DNA from: Calditrichia bacterium
GTDB lineage: Bacteria > Calditrichota > Calditrichia > JAJRVZ01
Length of the DNA stretch: 64,000 bases
Assembly: GCA_963777955.1 (NCBI GenBank)
Contig: CAVZSQ010000019.1
Coordinates: forward strand, 224,001 to 288,000
Direction of reading: 5' to 3'
The notes under the pieces were generated by a model, which made no database searches, was not told the origin of the DNA, and was given only the letters and a program-made list of their open reading frames with translations. This document shows positions 1-10,279 of this stretch, one piece after another (the first letter of the stretch is position 1; each line of letters opens with the position of its first letter). A program made the translations under genes and the position numbers.

Positions 1-1
1 G

Positions 2-253
2 GACGGTGTTTTAATCTGCGGATGTCATCCCGGTGATTGTCATTATCATGAGGGTAATTATAAATGCCTGCGCCGCTTCCACCTGTTACAAAAATATCTC
101 GAACAGATGGGAATCAATAAAGAGCGTATACGCCTGGAATGGGTCAGCGCCTCCGAAGGGAAACGATTCGCTGAAGTTGTAAACAGCATGACCGAGACCA
201 TAAAAAAACTGGGTCCGTGCGAAGTTCGTCAAACCATGGAAAAACTAAATTAG
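2..253 (+). CDS. mvhD: Hydrogenase iron-sulfur subunit delta (MvhD/FlpD family), 5'-truncated by window edge
   Basis: Manual translation from nt 2: DGVLICGCHPGDCHYHEGNY...RIRLEWVSASEG...*. It has the GC..GDCHY..GN and WVSASEG motifs and lies directly upstream of the small and large subunits. Not in the ORF track. Confidence 0.92.
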   Translation, partial: DGVLICGCHPGDCHYHEGNYKCLRRFHLLQKYLEQMGINKERIRLEWVSASEGKRFAEVVNSMTETIKKLGPCEVRQTMEKLN

Positions 254-267
254 CAGGGAGAACAAGG

Positions 268-1248
268 ATGGCCGAGGTTCAGCAAAAACCAAAAATAAAA
301 ATGGCCGTTTACTGGGGTGCAGCATGCGGTGGTTGTTGTGTATCGGTACTCGATGTCCATGAAAAATTATTTGACGTGGTGGCCGCTGCCGATCTGGTAT
401 TCTGGCCGATTGCCCTGGATATTAAATACAAAGACGTTGAAGCGATGCCGGATGGTCATATCGATGTCACCCTGTTCAATGGTGCTGTGCGTAATAGCGA
501 GAACGAGCATATGGCCAAACTGCTGCGCCAAAAGACAAAAGTACTGGTAGCCTACGGTTCCTGTGCGCATATGGGCGGGATTCCCGGTCTGGCCAATTTC
601 AGTACTAAGGAAGAAATTTTTAAAAGGGTTTATCTGGAGAGCGAATCCACCATTAATCCCGATAAAATTATGCCCCAAACTAAATTCCAGGTAAAAGAAG
701 GCGAACTTGAATTGCCGGTTTTTTATAACGATGTACGGGCCTTGAACCAGGCGGTTGATGTGGATTATTACCTGCCCGGTTGCCCACCGCAAACGGAACG
801 ATTACTGGAAGTATTTATGGCCATCGTCAGCGGTGCCACTCTTCCGCCTAAAGGATCGGTGGTCGGTGCCAACGAAAAGGCGCTCTGTGACGAATGTGAA
901 CGCACCAAGAGCGATGCTAAAACAATTAAAAGATTTTACCGGCCTTATGAAATTGTCGATGACGGTAAAACCTGTTTTCTGGAGCAAGGGGTTATTTGTA
1001 TGGGTCTGGCCACCCGCGGTGGTTGCGGATCACGCTGTATCAAGGGTAATGCCCCCTGCCGCGGTTGTTATGGGCCACCGATCACGGCACCCGATGCCGG
1101 CACCAAAATGATGTCTTCACTGGCGACCATGATCGATTCCAACGATGCGGATGAGATACAGAAAATTGTCGGGCAAATCGCCGATCCGGCCGGGACTTTT
1201 TACCGGACCAGCCTGCCCACTTCGATTATCAGGAGGAAACTAGCATGA
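268..1248 (+). CDS. mvhG: [NiFe] hydrogenase small subunit (MvhG-like)
   Basis: CGGC, GSCAHMGG, PGCPP and C-terminal Cys clusters (CDEC, C..EQG..CMG..TRGGC...C...N.PCRGC). Start set at ATG 268 after a purine-rich RBS. Confidence 0.9.
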   Translation: MAEVQQKPKIKMAVYWGAACGGCCVSVLDVHEKLFDVVAAADLVFWPIALDIKYKDVEAMPDGHIDVTLFNGAVRNSENEHMAKLLRQKTKVLVAYGSCAHMGGIPGLANFSTKEEIFKRVYLESESTINPDKIMPQTKFQVKEGELELPVFYNDVRALNQAVDVDYYLPGCPPQTERLLEVFMAIVSGATLPPKGSVVGANEKALCDECERTKSDAKTIKRFYRPYEIVDDGKTCFLEQGVICMGLATRGGCGSRCIKGNAPCRGCYGPPITAPDAGTKMMSSLATMIDSNDADEIQKIVGQIADPAGTFYRTSLPTSIIRRKLA

Positions 1249-2706
1249 CGCGGATAACCATCGATCCGATTACCCGTCTGGAAGGACATGGCAAAATAGA
1301 AATTTTTCTGGATAATGCCGGTGATGTGGAAAATGTATACTTTCAGGTCCCCGAATTACGCGGCTTTGAAAAATTCTGCGAAGGCCGGCCAATCGAGGAA
1401 GTTTCAGCGATTGTCACCAAGATCTGCGGAGTGTGCCCGGGTTGTCATCACATGGCAGCCGGTAAAGCGGCCGATGCCGTTTTTGGTGTGGAGCCGACAC
1501 CGACGGCTAAGAAGATCAGGGAATTGTTTTACATGGCTCATTTCGTCCACAGCCACATTGCCCATTTTTATGCTCTGGCCGCCCCAGATTTTGTAGTCGG
1601 ACCCACTGCCCCTCCGGCCGAGCGCAATATTCTGGGAGTGATTGCTAAAGTCGGTGTGGAAATTGGCACGGAAGTGATCAAACAACGCCGTATTGCCCAG
1701 GAAATACAGGCACTACTGGGCGGCCACCAGACCCATGTTGTACTGAATATCCCGGGAGGTGTGCGGAAAGGTTTGACTGAAGAACAACGTCTTGATATAG
1801 TCAAGAAGGCCGAGGGCTTCGTCGAATTCGCCAAATTTTCGTTAAAAATCTTCAACGATGTGGTTCTGGCCAATAAACAGTACGTCGATATTATACTTAA
1901 CGGTCCCTATTCCTTAAAATTACATTCCATGGGTCTGGTGGACGAAAACAATAAAGTCAATTTTTATGATGGTAAAGTACGGGTTGTGGATACTACCGGT
2001 AAAGAACATTGCAAATATGCCCCCCGCGAATACCAGAAGTACGTGGCCGAACGGGTTGAACCATGGAGTTATCTGAAATTTCCATACCTCAGGCAGATCG
2101 GTTGGAAAGGATTTGTAGACGGCCAGGAATCCGGGATTTACCACGCCACACCTCTTTCGCGTTTGAATGCTGCCGATGGTATGGCCACCCCGCTGGCTCA
2201 GGCCGAATATGAAAGGATGTATGCAACTCTGGGCGGGAAACCGGTCCATGCCACGCTGGCTATGCACTGGGCCCGTTTGATTGAACTCCTCTATGCGGCG
2301 GAACATTGTTTAGAACTGGCCAAAGATAAATCCATCACTTCCACCGACTTGCGGGCCAAACTGGATAAAAAGCCCAGCGGAAGGGGTGGGCATCGTTGAA
2401 GCACAGCGCGGCACCCTGACTCACCATTACTGGACGGATGAAAAAGGTATCATTACCAAAGCCAATATCATAGTCGGCACAACCAATAACAATGCAGCCA
2501 TCTGTATGTCGTTGAAGAAAGCCGCACAGGGATTGATAAAAAAAGGCGTACCGGTGACCGAAGGTATGCTCAATATGGTGGAAATGGCTTTCCGGGCTTA
2601 TGATCCATGCTTTTCCTGTGCCACCCACAGTTTACCTGGAACAATGCCCATGATAGTAAACATACATGATTCAGCAGGGATTATAATTCAAACTTTAAAA
2701 CGATGA
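1245..2706 (+). CDS. mvhA: [NiFe] hydrogenase large subunit (MvhA-like), split by one extra base near 2380
   Basis: N-part has TRLEGH and L1 ICGVC..CH. C-part has EAQRGTL and L2 RAYDPCFSCATH plus a cleavable C-terminal tail. ORFs 1245..2399 and 2386..2706 join if one base is removed. Confidence 0.9.
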
Positions 2707-2732
2707 AGAATTCTATTTAAAGCAAGTAGTAT

Positions 2733-2759
2733 ACAGGGGCGGGTTTTTCTCGCCCCTGT
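2733..2759 (+). terminator. GC-rich hairpin after mvhA (terminator/attenuator or REP-like)
   Basis: ACAGGGGCG-N9-CGCCCCTGT followed by TTATTT. Confidence 0.55.
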
Positions 2760-2778
2760 TTATTTAAGGGCTGGTTAA

Positions 2779-3246
2779 TTGAAAAATACAACTTTAATTC
2801 TGGGCATTGGTAATGAGATCCTTAAGGATGACGGTATCGGCCCTAAAATCGTCAGCCGGCTGGCTGGTGAATTTCCAGCAAGTGACTTCGACTATCAGTC
2901 AGCCAGCCTGGGCGGATTGGAATTAGTTGAATTGATCCGGGGTTATCAAAGAGTAATCTTAATCGATGCAATTAATACAGGCCAGGGTCAGGTAGGGGAT
3001 GTATATTTCTTTACACCTCAGGATTTTAAGGAAACATTACATTTGTCAAATTTACACGATATCTCTTTCCTGCAGGCGCTGGAATTAGGCAGACATATAA
3101 ATATCCCAATCCCTGAAGAGATCCAGATTATCGCTATTGAAATAAGGGAAGATAAAGTCTTTGGTGAAGATTTCAGCCCTGAATTACAAAACCGCTATGA
3201 ACAGATCTATAAATCAATTAAAGATTACCTTAAAAAAATCGGGTGA
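2779..3246 (+). CDS. Hydrogenase maturation protease (HyaD/HybD/HycI family)
   Basis: GIGN.I..DDGIG, IDA and SxLH motifs; follows the large subunit. Confidence 0.9.
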   Translation: MKNTTLILGIGNEILKDDGIGPKIVSRLAGEFPASDFDYQSASLGGLELVELIRGYQRVILIDAINTGQGQVGDVYFFTPQDFKETLHLSNLHDISFLQALELGRHINIPIPEEIQIIAIEIREDKVFGEDFSPELQNRYEQIYKSIKDYLKKIG

Positions 3247-3286
3247 GGATTAAACTGGCAAATAGATACTGCAGGTTAAGCGCACA

Positions 3287-3697
3287 TTAAGTATCAGCCA
3301 ATACAATTTCATAGTCACTGCTCAATTCCACAGCTTTCTGCAGGGTAGCATAGATCGAACAGTATTTAGTATTGCTTAGTTCAATAGCACGCGCAATTTG
3401 ATGATCATTCAGATTGTGCCCGGTGAACTTGTAATGGATATGAATTTTCCTGAATTGCCAGGGCGGTTGATCTTCACGTTCACTTTCCACTAATAGCTGC
3501 ACAGCGGTCAAATGCTGGCGTTGTTTTTGGATTATATCGACCACATCCCAGGCCGAACACCCGGCCAGGCTTAACGGCAGCAGATCGGCGCCGTTCACAC
3601 CCCAGGGCTGGGTCATGACAATCGGAAAATCGTTACGGTCTTTTAACAGAAAAACTTTATCCCGGATCCAATCTACTTGTACATATTCACTGGTCAT
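3287..3697 (-). CDS. OsmC/YhfA family protein
   Basis: LAGC...DVV and KYCS.. two-Cys pattern. Start is ATG 3697 or 3745. Confidence 0.85.
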   Translation of the reverse strand: MTSEYVQVDWIRDKVFLLKDRNDFPIVMTQPWGVNGADLLPLSLAGCSAWDVVDIIQKQRQHLTAVQLLVESEREDQPPWQFRKIHIHYKFTGHNLNDHQIARAIELSNTKYCSIYATLQKAVELSSDYEIVLADT

Positions 3698-3798
3698 GAT
3701 TTCAGTTAAAACTGGAATTCCTGATGTAACATTCCGAACCCGCATCAGTTTTTTTTGACAGGAAGATATTTCTGTGGTCAGCGATTCAACTTTGATAA

Positions 3799-4404
3799 TC
3801 AGAGAATAAAAGTAGCGAGCCCGATTCCTATGAATATTCGATCCTGATCGATAACTTCACCTTCTTCAATCACAGAAATTCCATACTTAAATTGCATCGT
3901 TATGCCGGTATTACCCGACAGGTGATATAAAATTCCGGCTCCCAGGTCGAACTCGCCCTTTTGATCCCCAACGTCGTTTGAATAAAACAGATAATCAGTG
4001 AAAATATAAGGCCGCCATCTATCTTTCCCAAAATAGTATTTGAATATGGGCCCCGCATAAGTCAGACTGGCATTTGTGACTGATTTACCGTCAATATCTG
4101 AGCTTAGGTTCTTATAGGTAAACAACAATCCCAAGGATAGATTATTCATCAGAAAATGTGAAACACCCACATCGACCTGAAATGTTTCCATTATTAATTC
4201 CGCATCAGCTGTTAAATCATACGTGGTTGTCAGACGGTCATAGAAAATGGATCCATTAATTTCAAAAGAACCTTTGCTGGTCAGCAGAGCTGAATTAATC
4301 TGGGTGGTTACATCGGTATAAACTTTTTTTAAATCGGTTTCCTGGGCCAGTATCTGTGAACAGACGATGGCAAGCAGAACAATGAGTATCGACAATCGTT
4401 TCAT
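3799..4404 (-). CDS. Outer-membrane beta-barrel protein
   Basis: Signal peptide, alternating hydrophobic strands, GP.FKYYF and terminal IGLATF strand. Confidence 0.7.
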   Translation of the reverse strand: MKRLSILIVLLAIVCSQILAQETDLKKVYTDVTTQINSALLTSKGSFEINGSIFYDRLTTTYDLTADAELIMETFQVDVGVSHFLMNNLSLGLLFTYKNLSSDIDGKSVTNASLTYAGPIFKYYFGKDRWRPYIFTDYLFYSNDVGDQKGEFDLGAGILYHLSGNTGITMQFKYGISVIEEGEVIDQDRIFIGIGLATFIL

Positions 4405-4490
4405 ACCCTTTTCTCCTCAATTGAAGTAAATTCTTTAACAAATAGCAGATGAGATTTTCTAGGGATATACGCAGGTTCTGGCTGAATGAC

Positions 4491-5130
4491 TCATGATTTT
4501 TTTAATAACCAGGTCACTCCGGTAACCTCACTCTCCAGCACATCAATTTCATCCTGCTGCGCCCGCAGATACCCTTCGAATAATTCCTTTTTCTGCGGAT
4601 GCTGTTCTGTTAATTCGCGAATCCGCAGAACGATCCACTTATACATTTCAGCATTTTCTTCAGTCAATACCGCCGGCCTTCACAAAATACGTCAATAGCG
4701 ACAGGGTTTTCTGCGGATCGCCGCAGATCCAACCGACCGAGCCCATGATAACCAGGTCGTATAATTCCGCACCCGTTTTGAATTCTCTGATATCCCCGCA
4801 CCCGAAGCGGCACATCGACTGTACACCGTATTCTTCCGCCTGGCCTGATGCCTCGGCTACAAACGCGGGCAGGCCGTCGAGGCCATAGCAATTGAAGCCG
4901 AACTCTCTGGCCAGATTCACCGAAATAGCCCCTTTCCCGCAGCCCAGGTCCAGCACACTGATCTTGCCCTGGCGGTGCAGGTTATGTTTCTTAATCAGAT
5001 CAATAATACCGTTTACCGGCGTTCCTAACTCCCACAAATCCTGTAATAAATAAACCAGGTAGGGATAGATCCCGGCATCCTGGTTCCCATCAAGCGATTG
5101 CAAAACACTTTTTTGCAGGTCGTCCAGCAA
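4491..5130 (-). CDS. Class I SAM-dependent methyltransferase, frame break near 4665, possibly internally shortened
   Basis: VLDLGCGKG motif I. A C-terminal segment EENAEMYKW...HPQKKELFEGY...WLLKKS* continues in another frame to 4491. Confidence 0.75.
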
Positions 5131-5142
5131 AATTAATCCTGC

Positions 5143-5880
5143 CTAATTTAATTTTCTGATCATGATCTTCAGATCTTTTTTATCCTTCAACAATTCAACC
5201 AATTCCTGAACATTTGTATCCCCGAAGTGATAGGGATACAGAACCTTAGGATTGAACATACGGACTGCCCTGGCCACCATTCCCGGTGCCATGGTATACG
5301 GCAGATTCATCGGCAGGAAGGCAATATCGATATCTTTCAGATTTCTCATTTCCGGTACATTCTCCGTATCGCCGGCGATATATATTTTTATATTACCAAA
5401 AGTCAACACATAACCATTACCAATCCCGCGGGGATGGAAAGGCTCTCCGTTATCCCTTTTATTAACCAGATTGTAAGCCGGCACCGCTTCCACCTTAATT
5501 CCCTGTACAACTTTACTCTCCCCGTTCTTTAAAATGGTTCCCATTTTAATTTCTTTGGCACAGGTGGCGGTCAGGATCAAATCCGTTGTCGGTTTCTTAA
5601 TAGTGGTGATTGCATTTTTATCCAGATGATCCCCATGGTGATGGGTGACCAGGATAATATCCGCCGGGGGAAGATTAGAATAATTGGCATACTGCCCCAC
5701 CGGATCGACGTGGATAACCAGGTTGTTGTACTGGAATATCAAAGTTCCATGTCCGATAAAGGTAACAGCAATATCTCCCGTTGTTGTTTTGATCGTATCC
5801 GTTTGAAATTGAATTTGCGCCATTGACACGGAAGCCCCGATTAGACCTGTGAAAAATAAAGTATAGATTAGTTTAATCAT
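5143..5880 (-). CDS. MBL-fold metallo-hydrolase (UPF0173/UlaG-like), secreted
   Basis: THHHGDH, YIAGDT and YPYH motifs; signal peptide. Confidence 0.88.
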   Translation of the reverse strand: MIKLIYTLFFTGLIGASVSMAQIQFQTDTIKTTTGDIAVTFIGHGTLIFQYNNLVIHVDPVGQYANYSNLPPADIILVTHHHGDHLDKNAITTIKKPTTDLILTATCAKEIKMGTILKNGESKVVQGIKVEAVPAYNLVNKRDNGEPFHPRGIGNGYVLTFGNIKIYIAGDTENVPEMRNLKDIDIAFLPMNLPYTMAPGMVARAVRMFNPKVLYPYHFGDTNVQELVELLKDKKDLKIMIRKLN

Positions 5881-5921
5881 ATAATTCTCCTTTAGAATTA
5901 ATTTAAATCGTTAATTCTTTA

Positions 5922-5949
5922 GTGGAGACGCACGGCGGTACGTCTTCAC
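5922..5949. repeat. REP-like imperfect palindrome
   Basis: GTGGAGACGCACGGCGGTACGTCTTCAC; shares AGACGCACGG with 6311..6338. Confidence 0.5.
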
Positions 5950-5951
5950 GG

Positions 5952-6293
5952 TTAATCGCGATTAAAATGCGGCATGGAATCCGGTATAACAATTGCTATT
6001 TCCATAAAACCACTGTACTGGCCATTCAGATACCAGGGGGTTTGATATATCAATTTCCTGATATTACGCTTATTAATTGTATACACATTAATCTGTTGTT
6101 TGTTCATCAGTTCCTTGAGTTTGCTGCGGGCTGGTTCCGGATGACACTCCAGTAGATTCGATCCTAACAATTCTATACCACCCTCATCCTGAAATGATTT
6201 TATGGCCTGATCATTCAGCTCCAGGATTAAACCATCGGTATCACAGACGGTAATGGCTCCGTTAAATTCTTTTACCCATTTATTTTCATTCAT
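5952..6293 (-). CDS. Stand-alone PAS-domain protein
   Basis: AITVCD.DG.I..LN, G.NLLECHP and PWY..G.Y.G..E PAS pattern. Confidence 0.8.
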   Translation of the reverse strand: MNENKWVKEFNGAITVCDTDGLILELNDQAIKSFQDEGGIELLGSNLLECHPEPARSKLKELMNKQQINVYTINKRNIRKLIYQTPWYLNGQYSGFMEIAIVIPDSMPHFNRD

Positions 6294-6310
6294 ATTTGCA
6301 CCTTAAGTTT

Positions 6311-6338
6311 TAGACGCACGGCCGCCGCAGGTCTCTAC
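6311..6338. repeat. REP-like imperfect palindrome (degenerate copy)
   Basis: TAGACGCACGGCCGCCGCAGGTCTCTAC. Confidence 0.45.
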
Positions 6339-6347
6339 AGTATGTTT

Positions 6348-6761
6348 CTATGAATCTTCATCATGACGAACTCTCTGACGCTTAATTTTTATTTCTCCCC
6401 GCATATGTTTTTGTTCCAGGCGGCCCAATGTCACACTCAGAGAAGGTTTGGTAATCTTTCTTTTCCGCAGAATCTTGCCGGCCTCCTGCAGTAATTGTTC
6501 CAACCGTTTTAAGGCATCACGGCGATTGGCCTGCTGGGTACGGAAGCGTTGCGCACGGATGATCAGTACCCCATTTTTATCCGCTTTTTTGCCAGACAGG
6601 TGTTCTAACCTTTTTTTGATATGTTCCGGAATTGAAGTTGAATTGCGGATATCAAAGCGCAGCCGTACCGCGGTGGAAACCTTGTTTACATTTTGTCCGC
6701 CGGGACCCGCCGAACGGACAAACTCGAATGAAATTTCAGATTCTTTAATCTGATAAGACAT
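6348..6761 (-). CDS. arfB: Alternative ribosome-rescue peptidyl-tRNA hydrolase ArfB
   Basis: RSAGPGGQNVNKV, R.Q..NR..A and basic C-tail. Likely start ATG 6761. Confidence 0.92.
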   Translation of the reverse strand: MSYQIKESEISFEFVRSAGPGGQNVNKVSTAVRLRFDIRNSTSIPEHIKKRLEHLSGKKADKNGVLIIRAQRFRTQQANRRDALKRLEQLLQEAGKILRKRKITKPSLSVTLGRLEQKHMRGEIKIKRQRVRHDEDS

Positions 6762-6816
6762 GTGCAAAAATCCCTCTGTGTAAAATTCGCCGTATAGTAT
6801 CATGTTTTTGCTATGG

Positions 6817-7660
6817 TCAATTTAATGCCAATCCCGTGTCAGTAATCTTTATTGTTCTGCCGGTACCCATATTAATAAATTCTTCACCATATGCGTCTCT
6901 GAACATTTGAATTTGCTTGTCACCCGTACAGTGTGTGGCACCGCATTTCCGTACTTCCAGTTTTCTAAATTCTTTTATTATTTCATGCACTGCTGCATCG
7001 GAATGTTCTAACAGATGAAATCCACCCAGGACCAAATATATATCTTTGTTTAAAAGTTTTTTTGCTGCCTTCAGTATATTCAATAATGCCCTGATGAGAA
7101 CAACCGGTGATGATCACCAGACCTTGTTTTGTATTGATGATCATTGATTGTTCTTTTATCTGTCCACCCATCTCTCCGCTCAGGAATACATTGCGGCAGA
7201 TCTCGACCGGTTTATCCACCCGTGTGATCTTTTTTATTCCAGTCTTTAAACCAAAATCTTCGGAAAAAGATACAGGTACAAATGCAGGAATATCCGGATT
7301 TCGTGAATATACTTCTGGAATCCCGCCGGTATGATCCTGGTGCTCATGCGACAGAATCAATTGCTCGACCTGTCGCAAATCAACATGTAAAATGTCAATG
7401 TTATTAACAAGTATACCACCAATTCTTCCGGTATCGAATAGTATGGTTTTTTCTAATCCTTCGATCAAACACGAAAAACCCCAGTCGGATTCGGTTTCAG
7501 GCTTATAAATATAATTATCGACCAGGATTGTGATCTTAAGCGTGTCGCCGACCATCGCAGGGACAGAGCGGGGTGTCTGCATTAGTTGTAATGAAAACCC
7601 GGTTGTGCTTAAAACATTGATCAATAAGGTCGCAAAGACAAACCGTTTCAACCAGGACAT
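6817..7660 (-). CDS. MBL-fold metallo-hydrolase (7,8-dihydropterin-synthase-like), frameshift near 7080
   Basis: LFDTG, SHEHQDHTGG and ITGCSH in the first ORF; GGFHL and THCTG in the second. Confidence 0.85.
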
Positions 7661-7710
7661 AGGCTAGTTCCTCATTTGATTATATTACTCATTTTCATAT
7701 CGCCTTTTTT

Positions 7711-8832
7711 TCAATAGGCCAGGCGTACAACATAGTTATTCTGCTGAGTCAATAAAGCCGCGGAATTCTTTTCAATCGTCAGTGGCAAAATAAAATCGGG
7801 TTTACCGCTGCCGAAATCAACTTTATCAGCCGGCAATTTCGTCAGATTGGTGACCAGGCAGCCGTTCCGCGGATCGTAAGGATTGAGTTTGTCCCATTGT
7901 TTTGTGTCAATCAAATGTTCCAGTTCCTGCAGATATTCCAGGTATTTTCCCCTGGTGATAACCGGAACCGCTTTTCTGATCTGCCTGGCAATGGTATTAA
8001 TATCCGATTCCTGAATCGATTTTGTTTCAAATTTTGTCACAGCAAACAGCAGGGGATTTCCAAAATATTTTGGGCCATATTCAGCAATTTGCCGGCGTAC
8101 ATCCATAGGTATGGTCAACTCAGCCGAACTGTTAAAATAATCCTGCCGCAGGACCACTTTCTTAAGGACCATGGCAGATAACAGGTCATTTGCCGAGACA
8201 GTCGTGTTGAACTGATGTTTAATATCCCTGATCGCTTGATACACCTCTGCTTTTGGAACATGCTCAATTTTGACCGTGTATTTCGCATCATGCACTGGTG
8301 GTTTTAATCCGCTTGATTTGAATAAAAATTCTCTTAGCCTTGTTCGCCGGTGCCGGGGTTTATACAACAAACGGGTTATATATTTTTTAAACAGAACCGG
8401 GTTGCTGCGGCTGATAGCAGCCAGGACACTCAAAAAATAAAAATAACTATAGCCGTCCCCGGCCAGATGATTCATTTTAGGTATCAGTACCGTGCCATTG
8501 GAATACTGTATAATCTGCAAATGAAATAATTTTTTCAGAGTCACCGGACTGAATTTGCTGTATTTGTCAAACAAGCCGGCGGAGGTATCTTCTGAATCAA
8601 TTTGCTGACCCAGGCTCTTCTCAGCCAAACAATCACTTTCGGTGTAGCGGTCAAAATGGATTTGCCCGGCACGGTACTCGCCGAATAATGGCCAGAAATC
8701 AGCAGATACATTTTTCAAAGCCGCACGGACTTTAGCTGTCTTTAATTTCTGTTTATAAAAAAATGCCATCTCGATAGGATAAATCCCGTTTGTAAAAACC
8801 GAATCAACCTGTGAGATATTCAGTGTTTTCAT
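7711..8832 (-). CDS. CoA-dependent acyltransferase (BAHD/transferase-like)
   Basis: HxxxDG (NHLAGDG), SANDLL, D.R, YFGN and C-terminal DFGSGKP (cf. DFGWGKP). Confidence 0.75.
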   Translation of the reverse strand: MKTLNISQVDSVFTNGIYPIEMAFFYKQKLKTAKVRAALKNVSADFWPLFGEYRAGQIHFDRYTESDCLAEKSLGQQIDSEDTSAGLFDKYSKFSPVTLKKLFHLQIIQYSNGTVLIPKMNHLAGDGYSYFYFLSVLAAISRSNPVLFKKYITRLLYKPRHRRTRLREFLFKSSGLKPPVHDAKYTVKIEHVPKAEVYQAIRDIKHQFNTTVSANDLLSAMVLKKVVLRQDYFNSSAELTIPMDVRRQIAEYGPKYFGNPLLFAVTKFETKSIQESDINTIARQIRKAVPVITRGKYLEYLQELEHLIDTKQWDKLNPYDPRNGCLVTNLTKLPADKVDFGSGKPDFILPLTIEKNSAALLTQQNNYVVRLAY

Positions 8833-8856
8833 TCTGTGACGCCATACCCGTTTGAT

Positions 8857-10062
8857 TTATTTTACAGGGCTTAATCTCAACAACACTACATCATGTCCGG
8901 CCAGTTGCCGGTTGAATTTCTTTTTGGTAGTGCCCAGATCTTTTTTAGACCATAAATCGCGGACAGCGAAGATTTGTTGCTTGAAATTTATATCCCGCCG
9001 GGACAAAGAATCGGAAACTGTATGTTCGCTCCAGGGGAATTCAATGCTTTTGACCTCAGTCCCGCGATTGAGAAAACAGATTGCCCACCGGCCGGCAGAT
9101 AATGGTTTAAACCAGATTTCAATATTATCCTGTGCCGAGTATTTAAATCCCTGCACACCCAAAGAATCCTGGTCGATGCTGATCACTTCCTGATTAGTCA
9201 ATATCTGCAGGGTTTCCCTGGACATATTTTGCAGATCATTTCCGGCCATCAGCGGCGCAGCCAGCATACACCACATGCTAAAATGTGCCCGGTCTTCGTT
9301 CACCGACATACCATTACCTACTTCCATCATATCAGGATCGTTCCAGTGGTCCGGTCCGGCATGGCTGCGCAATCCTTTTTGCATGTCCAATATTTGCATA
9401 ACACCCCATGATTTCCAGGTACCATGATCGACCACCCCATCAAAAACAGCACTGATATCGCCGGTAGTCCGCCAGAGATGACCGATAGATTTGCCCCATT
9501 CCCACGGTTTATTACTACCCCATTCGCACATACTAAAAACGATCGGACGCCCGGCGGCATACAGGGCATCGCGCATGGTTAAATATGCGCCTTCGGCTTT
9601 GAGCCCTTCGGTATTACACCAGTCATATTTCAGATAATCCACACCCCATTCGGCATACTTCAGGGCATCCTGGTATTCGTGTCCGCGCGAACCCGGCCGG
9701 CCGCCGCAGGTCTGCGACCCGGCATCCGAGTATATGCCGAATTTCAATCCTTTAGAGTGGATGTAATCGGCCAGGGCTTTGATACCGGAAGGAAAACGCT
9801 GCGGATCAGGTTGAATAAATCCGAGCTGATCACGCTGGCCATGCCAGCAATCATCGATTACAATGTACTGATATCCGGCTTCTTTCATGCCGCTGCTGAC
9901 CAGTGCATCGGCGGTTTCACGGATCAGTTTTTCGCTGACGTCGCAGGAAAATTTATTCCAGGTATTCCAACCCATTGGCGGAGTCAGGGCCAAACCGTTG
10001 AATTTTTGGGCGAATAATGGCAGGGTCAACATAAAAATGAATAAACACGTCAATTGTTTCAT
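8857..10062 (-). CDS. Alpha-galactosidase, glycoside hydrolase family 27
   Basis: TPPMGWNTWN, IDDCW, DYLKYDWC, WRTTGDI and WNDPDMM motifs; signal peptide. Confidence 0.95.
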   Translation of the reverse strand: MKQLTCLFIFMLTLPLFAQKFNGLALTPPMGWNTWNKFSCDVSEKLIRETADALVSSGMKEAGYQYIVIDDCWHGQRDQLGFIQPDPQRFPSGIKALADYIHSKGLKFGIYSDAGSQTCGGRPGSRGHEYQDALKYAEWGVDYLKYDWCNTEGLKAEGAYLTMRDALYAAGRPIVFSMCEWGSNKPWEWGKSIGHLWRTTGDISAVFDGVVDHGTWKSWGVMQILDMQKGLRSHAGPDHWNDPDMMEVGNGMSVNEDRAHFSMWCMLAAPLMAGNDLQNMSRETLQILTNQEVISIDQDSLGVQGFKYSAQDNIEIWFKPLSAGRWAICFLNRGTEVKSIEFPWSEHTVSDSLSRRDINFKQQIFAVRDLWSKKDLGTTKKKFNRQLAGHDVVLLRLSPVK

Positions 10063-10279
10063 GATTTTTTCCCCTATATTAGGTTATATTTTTTTGAATT
10101 TTTTTAAAAGAGCTGATTCAATGCGATATTTATTCGTATACAAGGTCACATGTCTACTCCCTAGAAAGCATATCTGAATATTACAGGGAAATTAAAAATC
10201 TCTTCCGTCCTTCACTACAAAATAATATAGACATATAAATTTATCATGACAATCACAATTTAGAATGAAATCATATTGA

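Noticed and set aside
2386..2706. Separate small C-terminal hydrogenase subunit (VhuU-like split) or programmed frameshift
   Set aside because: The split falls mid-domain, is repaired by removing one base, and matches the window-wide +1 error pattern
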